In this document: piece after piece, positions 1 through 12,880 of the stretch
Layout of the letters: each line of letters begins with the position of its first letter
How positions within the stretch are numbered: position 1 is the stretch's first letter
The notes under the pieces: generated by a model
Seen by the model: only the letters and a program-made list of their open reading frames with translations
Databases searched by the model: none
What the model was told of the DNA's origin: nothing
Source: Octopus vulgaris
Lineage: Eukaryota
NCBI GenBank assembly: GCA_951406725.2
Contig: OX597823.1
Coordinates: forward strand, 20,646,001-20,710,000
Direction of reading: 5' to 3'
Length of the DNA: 64,000 bases
Made by a program: the position numbers and the translations under genes

Positions 1-300
1 CGAAAGGATGAAAGGCAAAGTCGACCTCAGCGGAATTTGAATTCAGAACGTAACGGCAGACGAAATACCTATTTCTTTATTGCCCACAAGGGGCAAAACA
101 GAGAGGGGACAAAGAAGGACAGAAAAAACGGATTACGTCGATTATATCGACCCCAGTGAGTAACTGGTACTTATTTAATCGATCCCGAGAGGATGAAAGG
201 CAAAGTCGACTTCGGCGGAATTTGAACTCAGACCGTAGCGGCAGGCGAAATACCGCTAAGCATTTCGCCCGGCGTGCAAACGTTTCTGCCAGCTCGCCGC
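1..300 (-). mobile_element. tRNA-derived SINE family B, tandem partial dimer
   Basis: Reverse complement of ggcggcgagctggcagaaacg...gagttcaaattccgccgaggtcgactttgcctttcatcc, with the core present twice. Confidence 0.8.
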
Positions 301-946
301 TTTGTGCCAGTGAGCGGCGTCTTGGTCAAGTGTGTTCTATTGTGACTTTGATTTAACCATTCCTTTGTGAGTAAAATTTAGTAGATCAGATGGAAACGCT
401 AACACACGTATATACACGTGAACGCATGCGTTCACATATAATTAGATTGATACCGGAATTATTTAATTGGAATTAAAAAGTGAATCGGTTAACTGCACGA
501 CTATGCCTGCGCTAATACACACACGCACACAACGTACATACACTCACACACTCATATGTGAGTGTATATCTGTGTGTGTGTGTGTGTATGTGTGTGTGCA
601 TGGGTGTGTTTACAACGTAAGAATTTAGAAATTTCAATATTATTGAGATAAATTGGAACTTGTAGTTGATATATCTATAAGTAATGGCATGTAGAATACT
701 GGGCCAGCAGCCCAATATTGCCCATGCTAATACTTACAGCTTTATCTACAACGGATGAAAGAAAGTAAAGAATGCTCGTGGGATGGTATTATTCCCGACT
801 TGATATCCGTCGAGCTCCACACGATAAACATAATTTACTGCAAGTCTATCGAACTTTCTAAATTCTTGTAATGTAAACATCTTAGAAATCTCGCTGGTAA
901 GGACAATGTTAAAATGGAGGGGGAAATTCGAAGTGCTGCTTTGTTA

Positions 947-1132
947 GGCGCGGGAGTGGGTGTGTGGTAAGTAGCTTGTTTACAACCACATGGTTCCGGG
1001 TTCAGTCCCACTGCGTGGCACCTTGAGCAAGTGTCTTCTACTATAGCATCGGGCCGACCAAAAACTTGTGAGTGGATTTGGTAGACGGAAACTGAAAGAA
1101 GCCCGTCGTATATATGTGTATATATATATGTG

Positions 1133-1168
<36 letters not shown>

Positions 1169-1395
1169 CGTGTGTGTTTGTGTATCTGTGTTTGTCCTCC
1201 CAACATCGCTTGACAACCGATGCTGGTGTGTTTATGTCCCCGTCACTTAGCGGTTCGGCAAAAGTGACTGATAGAATAAGTACTAGGCTTTCAAAGAATA
1301 AGTCCCGGGGTCGAGTTGCTCGATTAAAGGCGGTGCTCCAGCATGGCCGCAGTCAAATAGCTGAAACAAGTAAAAGAGAAAAGAGAAAAGAGAAA
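947..1395 (+). mobile_element. tRNA-derived SINE family A
   Basis: A/B-box-like head (gtgggtgtgtgg...ggttcagtccc), central (TA)n(TG)n, tail (aaaagag)n. More than 10 copies in the window. Confidence 0.85.
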
Positions 1396-2574
1396 GATAC
1401 CTGTCATCTCCTCCGATGTGGGTTCGTATCCTGTAAGTGACATTTGACTTTTTTTTTCTATCCAAGTTTTTTATTTTTTATTTTTTTAAGCCGATATTCT
1501 ACCCGCTACATTCTCTGGGTTTATTTAACCCAAGTAGTTATACAACTTCTACTGTTATATTTAGAATTCACGTAGATTTTCATAATTTCGTATGAACAAT
1601 AACGTAAATATTATAACTTGATTACACCGAAAATGCACGCGCGTGTGTATCAGTCTAAATCTATATATACAGGGGTGGCATATTTTAACTACCTTAAAAA
1701 ATTAAAGTAAAACTATAGAAATCGAAATAAATAGCAATATAACTGAGATACAAAACCGAGATTCTGTAATGAAACTCGCTCCATAATTAGTTCACCCAGT
1801 TGTGTCGTGGCAGAAAGGTTTCAGTTTCTTCATATTACGTATGCTACTACCATAAGATATCATACTTCACAATTTATTTAGGACCGCTAAATATTGCTTT
1901 TGCAGTGTTTTTTTGACGCCTTTTGGAGAGTTTACTGCAGTAGAATCCGAGTGAGGTGAATATTAATAACATTTCACCAGATATTGACACTTTGAGACCT
2001 GTTTGTCGCTGGTATATTTCATGTAAATAAACTCGTCTCCACTTATTCCGTATCAAATGCTTCTACTTGAATACTTTTTGCAGCCAGCTGGATTACACGA
2101 AAACATTTTCACAGCTTGAAGATATTTACATGTATTTTGATAGCTTGACACTTCGGAATTTTCTGTCTTTTTCTTTTTTTGACAATTTAAACTATTTCCA
2201 ATAGATAAGTGCCTCATCAAAAACCTAAGGCAATACCATGCTTGCAAAATGAATAATAATCTATCTAACACATAAGAAGACGAAATGACCAGTTAACAGA
2301 TGGACTTGGAAACAGGAGTTTTTAGCAGACGTTACTAAGCATGGCAGCAATAAGGTGGTTGATTTCGATACCTATTGGCCACATATCAATACTACTGTGC
2401 AAGGGATATGGTGCCATGTTCAGCTGTAATTACTTTTATGGTAATTCTTTACTTATAACTATTGGTGAAATATTCTTCGGATTTTTATTGAATTGCTTAA
2501 ACATATCTCTTCGGATTTTTATTGAATTGCTTAAACACATACATAGACTTCGTTATTCTCCCATCATAATTTTG

Positions 2575-2884
2575 AAAGTGAAACCATGACACAGTCACCA
2601 TATTCACCGGACATTGCCCCATCTGATTATCATTTATTCCGCAGTCGTCAAAATCATTTGGACGGAAAAAAATATGACTTCTGTAGACGAGGTCAGAAAA
2701 GTACTGGAGGAGTATTTTTCGTCACGGAGAAGTGAATTTTGGAAGAGGAAATTTGCGAGTCTACCTGATAGATGGAAGAGTACTGTAGAAAATGGGGAGT
2801 ATATTTTAGAATAAAAAAATATCTCTACCTTAACTTTGAAAAATAAAAGTATAAAAACCGCATTATTTATAGGATGAGCCAATA
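2575..2884 (+). mobile_element. Mariner (DD34D-type) transposon 3' remnant
   Basis: SPYSPDIAPSDYHLF motif, then ...FWKRKFASLPDRWKSTVENGEYILE*, then a TIR-like end (...ggatgagccaata). Confidence 0.8.
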
Positions 2885-3134
2885 CACATGTATGTATGTA
2901 TGTATGTATGTATGTATGTATGTATGTATGTATGTATGTATGTATGTATGTATGTATGCATGCATGCATGTATGTATGTATGTATGTATGTATGTATGTA
3001 TGTATGTATGTATGTATGTATATATAATCTATGTGTGTGCGTGTGTATGTGTGTGTGTGCGTGTGTCCGGCATTCGCCATGATAGATCGCTACCCACTAC
3101 ACTTTATTTTCTCTCCTTGTTTCTTTCTATGTTC

Positions 3135-3170
3135 CTTTCTGTGGAAGAGCGTAGGCTCGAAACGTTAAAG
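3135..3170 (+). ncRNA. Degenerate minimal hammerhead-like motif in a microsatellite-adjacent repeat
   Basis: CUUU-CUGUGGA-A-GAGC GUAG GCUC-GAAA-CG-UU-AAAG. Core A6 is replaced by U and there is an extra A. Confidence 0.35.
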
Positions 3171-3377
3171 ACTCTTCACTTTCCGAGTTTTAAACTAATA
3201 TATCTGCTTGTTGTCTACCCCACCTGTCTTCGTCTTTTGATTTTTTGTGACTTCTTATCAAGAACTCTTTGAATTAAACAACCTTTTGATGGATGAATAA
3301 TGCTGAAGGCAAAATCAGAACGATTGATATTCAGAGAATATTAGGAGGTTCTGTTAATGATCTACACCTAATTACCA

Positions 3378-3466
<89 letters not shown>

Positions 3467-3987
3467 GTCTATCTATCTATAATCGGTATAATCGGCTGTG
3501 CCGTTCGCCTTTGCTCGGCTTCGTATGGATTTTGGCGTTCAGTTCAGCAAATCATATTTTTGATATACACTACCGTTGATTCGAAAATGATTTGTAAGTA
3601 AAATTACACAATCTATTAACGATGAAACAATTGTATAGAGTTAATCCATTTTTTTCGTTATTTTTCATTTGTCCTGCCCGCTTACATTCTTGGCGTGTTG
3701 ACTTAATGCTTGAGAACAATTCTTTAGTGGTGGATTCCCTTTGCGGATCTATTTCTAGCGTTAGAGTGACCACATGTGGTCCCTCTCTTATTACTTGTAT
3801 TAATAATTTTTACTGTATCCCAGTTTTTTTACGCTTGGCCACTTGGTGTTTTGAATTGATGTTATTAATTAATATTCAATTTTTTCACCCTTATCGTGAA
3901 TTTATCTATATATATATGTATATATATATATGGGCTCCGTGTGGGCAGTCATCTAAACGTTTTTTTGCATCTTGATGCTGACATAAG

Positions 3988-4086
3988 TTCCTTGCTTTTC
4001 CTGATGAGAAGGCGGCATAATATACTCCTTATTCCTTCGAAATTAGGAATATGCAGCCTTCGAAACATATGACGAAAATAAAGGAA
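3988..4086 (+). ncRNA. Type I hammerhead-like motif, probably inactive (GUC changed to GAC)
   Basis: UUCCUU..UUUUC-CUGAUGA(4001-4007)-GAAGGC.GCAUA...UAUGC.GCCUUC-GAAA-CAUAUG-AC-GAAAA..AAGGAA. All three stems form, but conserved U16.1 is A (4072). Confidence 0.6.
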
Positions 4087-4119
4087 TTTTGTTAATTCGT
4101 CGTTCAACTCCATTCTTTC

Positions 4120-4218
<99 letters not shown>

Positions 4219-4619
4219 ATGATTATATGTATGTATTTATGTATGCGTGTGTGTGTGTATGTATGTATGTATAATTCCGTATCCCTGCAAGGAATTCTTT
4301 AGTTGTTGGTATAATACTGTTTACGATGCCTAACGAAACGTAAGAACGGAGTTACGTGTCTACCCTGAGCGTTTCGTTTCTCTTTTCTAACCCCAATCAT
4401 CCCCAACACATTGTTCTCAGTTATTTATACATTCTCTCATAGAGACGGCACTTTTTCTTTCATCGTCTTACCTTCCATAGATACACATATACATACGCAC
4501 ACAAGTACACACTCACATAGACGAGCACTTCTCACATCCACACAACTGTATCACCAGATAATATACAAGTATATATACATATGTGTGTGCGTATCATATA
4601 TATATGTATAATACATATA

Positions 4620-4705
<86 letters not shown>

Positions 4706-5949
4706 GGGGGAGAGAGAGAAAGAGAGAGAGTGAGGTAGAAAGTTTGCGTGAGTAAATGAACGCTATGCTGAGATTGATGCACGGGTGCCTTTCTATGCAT
4801 TCATGGATACATACATACATACATACATAGATTTGTGTGTGCATCTGTTTAGGAAAATATAATGATAGAATGAGCGAAAAAGAAAGAATTTATAAAAATA
4901 CAGAAAGGTAATTGAAGAGAATGTGTAGATATTTTGTATGTAAATATAAGTGTTTTCTTGAAACTAAGAGATAGATTTAGTGGTTTTAAACTCACCTGTA
5001 CACAGCTATATATTCACACATACATAAACTGTTATACACACATTTTGAAAGGAATAATATAGAAGGTGTGAGGTCGAACACGTTCTTGCTCCCAAAAGAC
5101 ACACCAATCTATTATGAAAATTAATCAAAAATAAAACGAATTAAAGTAAGATAAACAATTCTTCACCTTGAAGATAAATATAAAAAAGACAACAAAATCT
5201 ACAGAAATTCTGCTCGGAATTATACCACGTGCTTGAAGTAGCACAACTCCCCGCACATCTTCTACGTAGTAAAACGTCCCTCCAACAAGAGAATTGGAAA
5301 AAGAATAACAGCTGCAAAAAATATCAATAAATCAATAAAATATAATAGAATGATGTGAAGCGGAATATTATATGTGGGCGAGAATGGAAGTCATTTCGTG
5401 ACCACCAGCCATGATTAAATGAAACTAGATTTTATTTTATTTTTATATATTTTTGTGAAGTTTTATTTTTGTTCTCATTTGGAAGACACAACACTTAGAA
5501 TTAGTATCACACCTGAGCAGAAATACGAGGTGTCAAAAGCTTTTCAAAAGAAATAAAACGAAATAATATTACTAATAGTAATCAGAATTTGTTCGATATA
5601 TGATGTGTGCAACAAGTCTATTTGCTTCGTGAAATTTCCTGTTTATGAAGTCAAATTCGCGATGTTTGGTTGTTAAAAAGCGGATGCAATATGGGTAATT
5701 TGGTACTATCCGCGAAATCACTAGTTGCATATTAATATCGCTTGCATAAGAGATTTTACAAAATACAGATCTCAAAATTAATCTACTGTCACCAACACGC
5801 GTGGCATCTTGGACAAGTGACTTCAACAATAACCTCGGGCCGACCAAAGCCATGTGAGCACATTTGTTAGACGGAAACTGAAAAAAAACCCCATTGATTA
5901 CATACATCTATATCTATCTGTGTGTGTGTGCGTGTAATCGACGAGCTTT

Positions 5950-6017
<68 letters not shown>

Positions 6018-6119
6018 CGTATGTATATATCCTCCTTCTTTCTTTCAGTTCCTGAGCGTCCAATAACACTATTCCACGTCCTTGCGTTACTGTGTTTTCT
6101 CTTTGTTCATGTTGGGATT

Positions 6120-6196
<77 letters not shown>

Positions 6197-6317
6197 TTTA
6201 CATTTATGATTATAGAAAATGATTATATTAAAAGGTGCGGATAAACCTCACCAACTCGCAATAACTAGACGCCAAATGTCTCTAGAAATCACATCTATAC
6301 TCCATTACCACAGTTTG

Positions 6318-6425
<108 letters not shown>

Positions 6426-6427
6426 TG

Positions 6428-6800
6428 TAAAAGTAAAAAAATATACAAACTGGGACAAGAACGTGAAACATTTAGAAGACGACACAAAAAACACGGACGG
6501 GACATTCGAAGCCCTCAATCATCAGTCAAGAACCGGATCATCTTCGCAATTTCGGCTGATTAATCTTGAGATTGCTCCGTTCTGGGCAGCCCCCAAGGGA
6601 AATCTAAGCCAAGCGCATTACATTCCTTGGAAGAAAGTCTGGAATGTATACAACACAGGGACGGAAAACGGATGATGTTACACGAATAAAAATACAAAAA
6701 TACGTAAAAACAATAATGATAGCACGAATAAGAATACAAAATACGTATAAACAATAATAACAAAACCAGGACGTCAGGACAAGCGTCTTTTCGACAGGAC
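6428..6800. repeat. Interspersed repeat abutting a microsatellite (second, truncated copy at 51716-51843)
   Basis: aaaatacaaactgggacaagaacgtgaaacatttagaagac...gcaatttcggctgattaa occurs at both loci directly after (TA)n/(TG)n. Confidence 0.7.
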
Positions 6801-7137
6801 GAGTTAAGTTTAGGGCTGGCTATGATATATATGCATGTATGCATGTCCTTGCGTTTGACCCTTACTACCGTTTGACAACCGGAGTTATTTATTTACGTCC
6901 CTCTAATGTAGCAGTTCGGCAAGTAGTGATCGATGAATAAATACAACGCTTAGAAATAGTAATACACCAGTATAGCCACCGTCCACTGAATGAAAGAAAT
7001 AGAGGATAAATGATGGACAGCATATTTGTCTCGGCTTATTGAGCTTGAACAAAAGCAGACATTAAAATTAATACAGTAGATTTTCTGGACCTCAGTCTCA
7101 GACTAAATATCAATCATTACTCCTCCCCTATAAAAAT

Positions 7138-7316
7138 GCAGTGAGCTAGCAGAATCGTTACTATAGTGGACGAAATGTTTAGCGGTATTTCGCCCGTCTC
7201 TACGTTCTGCATTCAAATTCCACCGAGGTCGACTTCGCCTTTCATCCTTTTCGTGTCGATGTAATTGACTAGTCCCCTTCCCGCGAAATTCAGGTTTGTG
7301 CCTTAATAGAATGGAT
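7138..7316 (+). mobile_element. SINE family B (diverged)
   Basis: Head and gaggtcgacttcgcctttcatcc core. Confidence 0.7.
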
Positions 7317-7496
7317 TACTCCGCAATAGGAAAGAACGAGAATACACAACATACATCTGTTATTTAGCCATCCACTGTCCTTCATAGTTAAAATCTTCCC
7401 CAAAAACATTTCATTTTCACTCTCCTAACTTTCTCCCTCTCAACGAAATATATTTCATCGACAACTGAATCTTAAAACTTTAATGAAATAACGAAA

Positions 7497-7905
7497 GGCG
7501 CAGGAGTGGCTGTGTGGTAAGTAGCTTGCTAATCAACCACATGGTTCCGGGTTCAGTCCCACTGCGTGGCATCTTGGGCAAGTGTCTTCTGCTATAGCCC
7601 CGGGCCGACCAATGCCTTGTGAGTGGATTTGGTAGACGGAAACTGAAAGAAGCCTGTCGTATATATATATATATGTGTGTGTGTGTATGTGTTTCTGTGT
7701 CTGTGTTTGTCCCCCTAGCATTGCTTGACAACCGATGCTGGTGTGTTTACGTCCCCGTCACTTAGCGGTTCGGCAAAAGAGACCGATAGAATAAGTACTG
7801 GGCTTACAAAGAATAAGTCCCGGGGTCGATTTGCTCGACTAAAGGCGGTGCTCCAGCATAGCCGCAGTCAAATGACTGAAACAAGTAAAAGAGTAAAAAG
7901 AGTAA
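7497..7905 (+). mobile_element. SINE family A
   Basis: Full-length match to 947-1395. Confidence 0.85.
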
Positions 7906-8439
7906 ATGCTACCTAACTGGATATAACTTGAAAAAAAAGAAACATCACTATACACTTCATTCAAACTCCAGGTACTTACATTCATGGCTAAGTACTTCCT
8001 TGATAAGTTCGAAATCACTTCCAGAATTCTCAGAACTACAATTCTATCTTCAGTATGCATCGCTCAAACATTTCTATTCCTAAACCCCAAATTTCGAAAA
8101 AAAAAAAAACAAAAAAACACCTGAAAGTCAACCGAAGAAAAACACGTTTGAACATACACAAGAACCAATCACTCAATAGAGCGACAGCAGAAACAGGCAA
8201 ACCTTCTTTTAGCAATTCATGCCTAAACAAAAATATAAACCACCCAGCAATAATACTCGCAGGTATCTAATTCGTAAACCTAACATCTGAAACTTTAGAC
8301 TCATCCCCTTTTAATAAACATACACACACACACTCAAATGCAAGTCTCTGCACATATTTCATTTGATTTCTCTCAATTCTAAACCGGCCACTGTAACTCT
8401 ATTTCCCTATACAAGAATACGTATATATAGCACTTGTCT

Positions 8440-8812
8440 ATGTGTGGTAAGTAGCTTGTTTACCAGCCACATGTTTCCGGGTTCAGTGCCACTGCGTGGC
8501 ACCTTGGGCAAGTGTCTTCTACTATAGCCTCGGGCCGACCAAAACCTTGTGAGTGGATTTGGTAGACGGAAACTGAAAGAAGCCCGTCGTATATATGTAT
8601 ATATGTGCATGTGCGTGTGTTTGTGTGTCTGTGTTTGTCCCCCTAGCATTGCTTGAAAACCGACGGTGGTGTGTTTATATCCGCGTCACTTAGCGGTTCG
8701 GCAATAGACTGGGCTTACAAAGAATGAGTCCCGGGGTCGAGTTGCTCGATTAAAGGCGGTGCACCGGCATGGCCGCAGTCAAAATGACTGAAACAAGTAA
8801 ATAGAGAAAGAG
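8440..8812 (+). mobile_element. SINE family A
   Basis: Slightly 5'-truncated copy. Confidence 0.8.
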
Positions 8813-8813
8813 A

Positions 8814-8882
<69 letters not shown>

Positions 8883-11076
8883 CGTGTGTGTTAGCGCCAG
8901 AACAGGTATTAAAAGCGGGAGTTAATACATATGGTCACTTAAACATGAATGTTCTGTTAGAATAAATTATACTGGAGTAGCTACCACGAGAGAAATTCTC
9001 ATCTTAGTTTTGATGCGAAATGCTCTCTTTTACGTCGCTATCGGCGTGATAAATCCCCGCCATCTTCGGCGCCGAGACAACTAGTTCACGTGATTCCGGC
9101 CTTCCTTGGTCTTGTCAATGTTGGGCGCTCATGGAACAGGAGTTGATGGCGAGATAAAGCATTCATTGAAGAGACAAAAAAAGAAAAGAGACAACAGATA
9201 AGCCATGATGTTCTGCTAAACAAAGTTTTTTTTATGCTCAATAAATAAGACTGGGATCTGGATTTTTATTGAATGTGGACTACATTCTTCCGCGTGTAAT
9301 ATCTACATTGTCTGAAGCACTTAAGCTATGATGCTCTTATTGTTTATAGCACTGTCATTTCTTACTGGGCAGAACTATGGTGAAATGTTTTCCAACCATG
9401 ACTGTCTCGTCTTCTAGAATTAACAAGTACTATATTACTTCGTGCGTATTTCCCTTTCTTATAAAAGTATGGTTTGATACAATTTGGTAGTGATTCTGTC
9501 GCTGGCTTGGGTTAGAATGTTGTAATGTAATAAATGGATGTGTTTCAAAAAAGTAGGATTGGAATATTTGAAACGAAAAGAATGTATATATTTTGATGGT
9601 CGATATATAGATTATGTGGTTGAAATGCTGTACAAAGAAAGAGAACCAGAAAGAAATAAAGAAATAAAGAATAAGAAAAGGCAGAGAAAAAGAGAAAAAA
9701 ATAATTAAAAGGAAACTATTTTCTTTTTATCAGTTTCCATTTTACAATTCAGTTCTTTCTGAAAAAAAAAAACATTGCAAATCTAATTTAGTCGTTAAAT
9801 CACGAATATCTAATAGAAATATGATGTTAAAATGAATACTAAGAATAAATGAAGTCGAAAATTGCCTACAAGATTCTATTTTATTAGAGGTTTTCACAAT
9901 GAAATTTTAATTAAGTCCGCAGGCTTTACATTATGATATTGCCTTATCTCAAATAAATATACTTGTAACATAGAATAGCTAACATAAGTTTTCTCAGAAA
10001 GTCTGTGTTGCAGAAGCAGAATTTTTTGTTGCAGCAGGGATACCAAGCCAGTGGCTATATACTACGGCTTTGATTCGGTGACATTGTTTTAGGGTAGCCC
10101 TCCCCCCATTGTCGAACAAATGAATCAAAGGCACTCAAATGTTGAAATTCCATTTATTTCACGGAGGCAAGATCACAATATCTAATGCGTCCGTTATTTA
10201 AAACAATAAGTAGCGGAGGAAAATTTGGCTGCTATTTCTAAAAGAAAAGGCGATCATGTAAAAGTTCGTCCTATTTTGCTCCGAGTTATTTATATTGAAG
10301 GAACAGTTTGGGGGGATCATTCAAAGGAAGGGAACGACCGCTTAATAGACTTCAGATATCAGAGTCCGAGATGACACTTCTCACTGACGAAGGACTACCT
10401 ACCTTCAGGGGATGTACGGCTCCTAATTTATGAAGATGTGTTTCGATGAATGTACACCGAAGCTGAGTTTAAAAACTAAAATTTTAAAAAATTATCGGAT
10501 TTCCGAAAGATTTTATAATTAATTTTGATCTCAGCAAATTACTGAGAAAAAAAATTCTTGTTTAAATGAAGATTAATGTCAAAGTATGATTGGAAATTAT
10601 GATTTTGATAAATTATTAATTTTCATGTTTAACATTGGGAATTAAAAATTTGACAGTTAACTGAACTGAGAATTGAAAGTATAAAGACAGTGTCTTTAGA
10701 AACCTCTGGACGCTATTTGAACAAATACAATTCTTTATTAGCAATTAGATGGTTGGATGAATATCGTAAATTTAAGCACCAACGTGGAGCAGAAATAATT
10801 GTAGTCACTTTACCGGTGCATGAATGTTTTATTGCTAATCAAAATGCCTAGTTTTTCAGAGTGGGTGACGGCAAATGGTACACTGTACTAAACGCACATT
10901 TCAGGAATATTTACTTGTGACTGAAAGACAAATATTTTCCGGGTTGATCGAGGAAGAATTGAATTAGTACACGTATATCTCGATTGAAATGCAACCCAAT
11001 ATATGTAATGTTTGTTGATTCCATATTAATATGAAAATTAACTCACAGAATTGTAATTATTATTTTTAACAAGAAT

Positions 11077-12880
11077 GGCAGTGAACTGGCAGAAACGTTA
11101 GCACGCCGGGCGGAATGCTTAGCGGTATTTCGTCTGCCGCTACGTTCTGAGTTCAAATTCCGCAGCTGGTAGTGGAAGGCGACAGCTATCAACTGACAAA
11201 AAAGAATTATTAAAATACAAAGAAATGTTAACAGAACGAGATGGAATAGTAAAAGTGTAAATTCCAGAAGAATTAACGGAGTTAAAAAAGGAAAATTATT
11301 ATTTTAAAAATATTCTGCTTAAAAGCTCGAAGAATTGAAAAGATACGCGAGCAAAAAATTGAAAAATGTTTAAAACCCATCTGGCAGGACATTACATATC
11401 TAGCCAGAAGGAAGAAGTTTGGTACCATCGTGGTGAGGTTCAAGAACGCAGAAACGGCATAACAACACTGTAAAATCATTAGAGTCGGAAGACACAATAT
11501 TAATCCCAATTTACTTGGGAATGAGAACATGAAAGTATAGAATACCAAGAATTCCACCCGGAGTATTTCCTATGTGCTTGATAGCGGCAGTCCTGGTAAA
11601 CAGGGAGGATAATATTAACCTCGTGCAGGCTACCGTCACAGAGAATACATATTGGACTGGACAAACGCTCAACCTGATAATGCTGGCTGACCAAAAATTT
11701 TAGAACAGCTCCCAGAAATATTAGAAGTAGGGGAGTAAGTTCTAAATATTTCTGTTGAGGGGCCAACTGGGTCACATTAAAAATATTGTAAAAAAGATGA
11801 AGAAGAATCGGAAGATGAAAGAGAGAGAGAAAGAAACTAAAGAAAAAATAAACAACAAAAGGAAAATGGAAGGCTTGAACCAGCAAAAGCAGAGCGAGCC
11901 GAGACCAAAAAATACAGCCAAGGGAGACAGACCGAGGATGGCAGAGGGGAAGACGAACTGCGGGATAGCTGCACTACACAGCAAAAACAAGGACTTAATG
12001 CGTGATATAAAAACAAAAAAATCAGCCGCTAGGCTAATCGAAGTATCAGATGAATATATAAAAACTATGAATTTTACGAATTGGACAAAAAAACATATAA
12101 CCTCTTGTTTAACACATATAGAAAATCGGTCTCAGCATTGAGATTTGATTTTCATAAATCTATACTTGAAGGCTTGCCACCTCCGATCCTAAGTCAAGAA
12201 AAGGTGGAGAGTCCCTCTAAAAGGTAAGGCACGTCTATTCATATTGGTTGTGTAAATGTCCGTGGCCTGATGTCGAGTTGGAAGCAAGGGCGCTTCATAT
12301 ATGGTATCAGGTCAAGAAATTTGGATGTAATTGTTGCAACGGGAACCCGGGTGAAGGGGCCAAGAGATCTGCTCCCCGTCCTAAACTGCTACGAGAAATA
12401 CGTTTCTCCGAGTCGGGTGGATGGTGGGGGTGGTGTGTTGGTCCTACTAAAAAGAAACCGGGTTACCTCGAAGGTAATCTAGAAGGCAGGCTGGTCGTTC
12501 TCAACCTGAGTTTCAGTTGTGGCAAGACAATCAGGCTGGTTGCAATTTATGCACCCAAAGTTATAGGTCCGCAATAAGTACCAGTTACGCACTGGGGTCG
12601 ATATAATCGCCTTAACCCCTTTGTCTGTCCTTGTTTGTCCCCTCTATGTTTAGCCCCTTGTGGGCAATAAAGAAATAAGAATCATTAGCGCGCTGGCCGA
12701 AATGCTTAATTGTATTTTGTCTGCTGCTACGTTCTGAGATCAAATTCCGCCGAGATCGACTTTGACTCTCATCTTTTCAGGGTCGATAAATTAAGTACCA
12801 GTTGCATACTCGTTGTAGATCAAATCAACTGGCCCCCTCCCATAAATTTTTAGGCGTTGTGTCTATAGAAGAAAGGATTA
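11077..12880 (+). mobile_element. SINE family B dimer split by the LINE fragment (11077-11163 plus 12573-12880)
   Basis: Head ends at ...ttcaaattccgc and resumes at aataagtaccagttacgc; about 40 bp of consensus is missing. Confidence 0.75.
11165..12567 (+). mobile_element. Decayed L1/Tx1-clade LINE fragment (ORF1 remnant plus N-terminal APE endonuclease), nested in a SINE
   Basis: 12250-12567 translates, with a frameshift, NVRGL...LDVIVATGT...GGGVLVLL...EGRLVVL...IRLVAIYAP, which are APE motifs. Upstream has ORF1-like pieces (ITYLARRKKFGTIVVRF, GHIK). SINE sequence lies on both sides. Confidence 0.75.

Noticed and set aside
2477-2540. Short local duplications (also 34489-34526 and 56017-56067)
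   Set aside because: Ordinary slippage-type duplications with no further structure.
6495-6560. CUGAUGA (CUGAAGA in the copy near 51800) on the minus strand as a hammerhead
   Set aside because: Followed by GAAU rather than GAAA, and no consistent stems I-III could be built.
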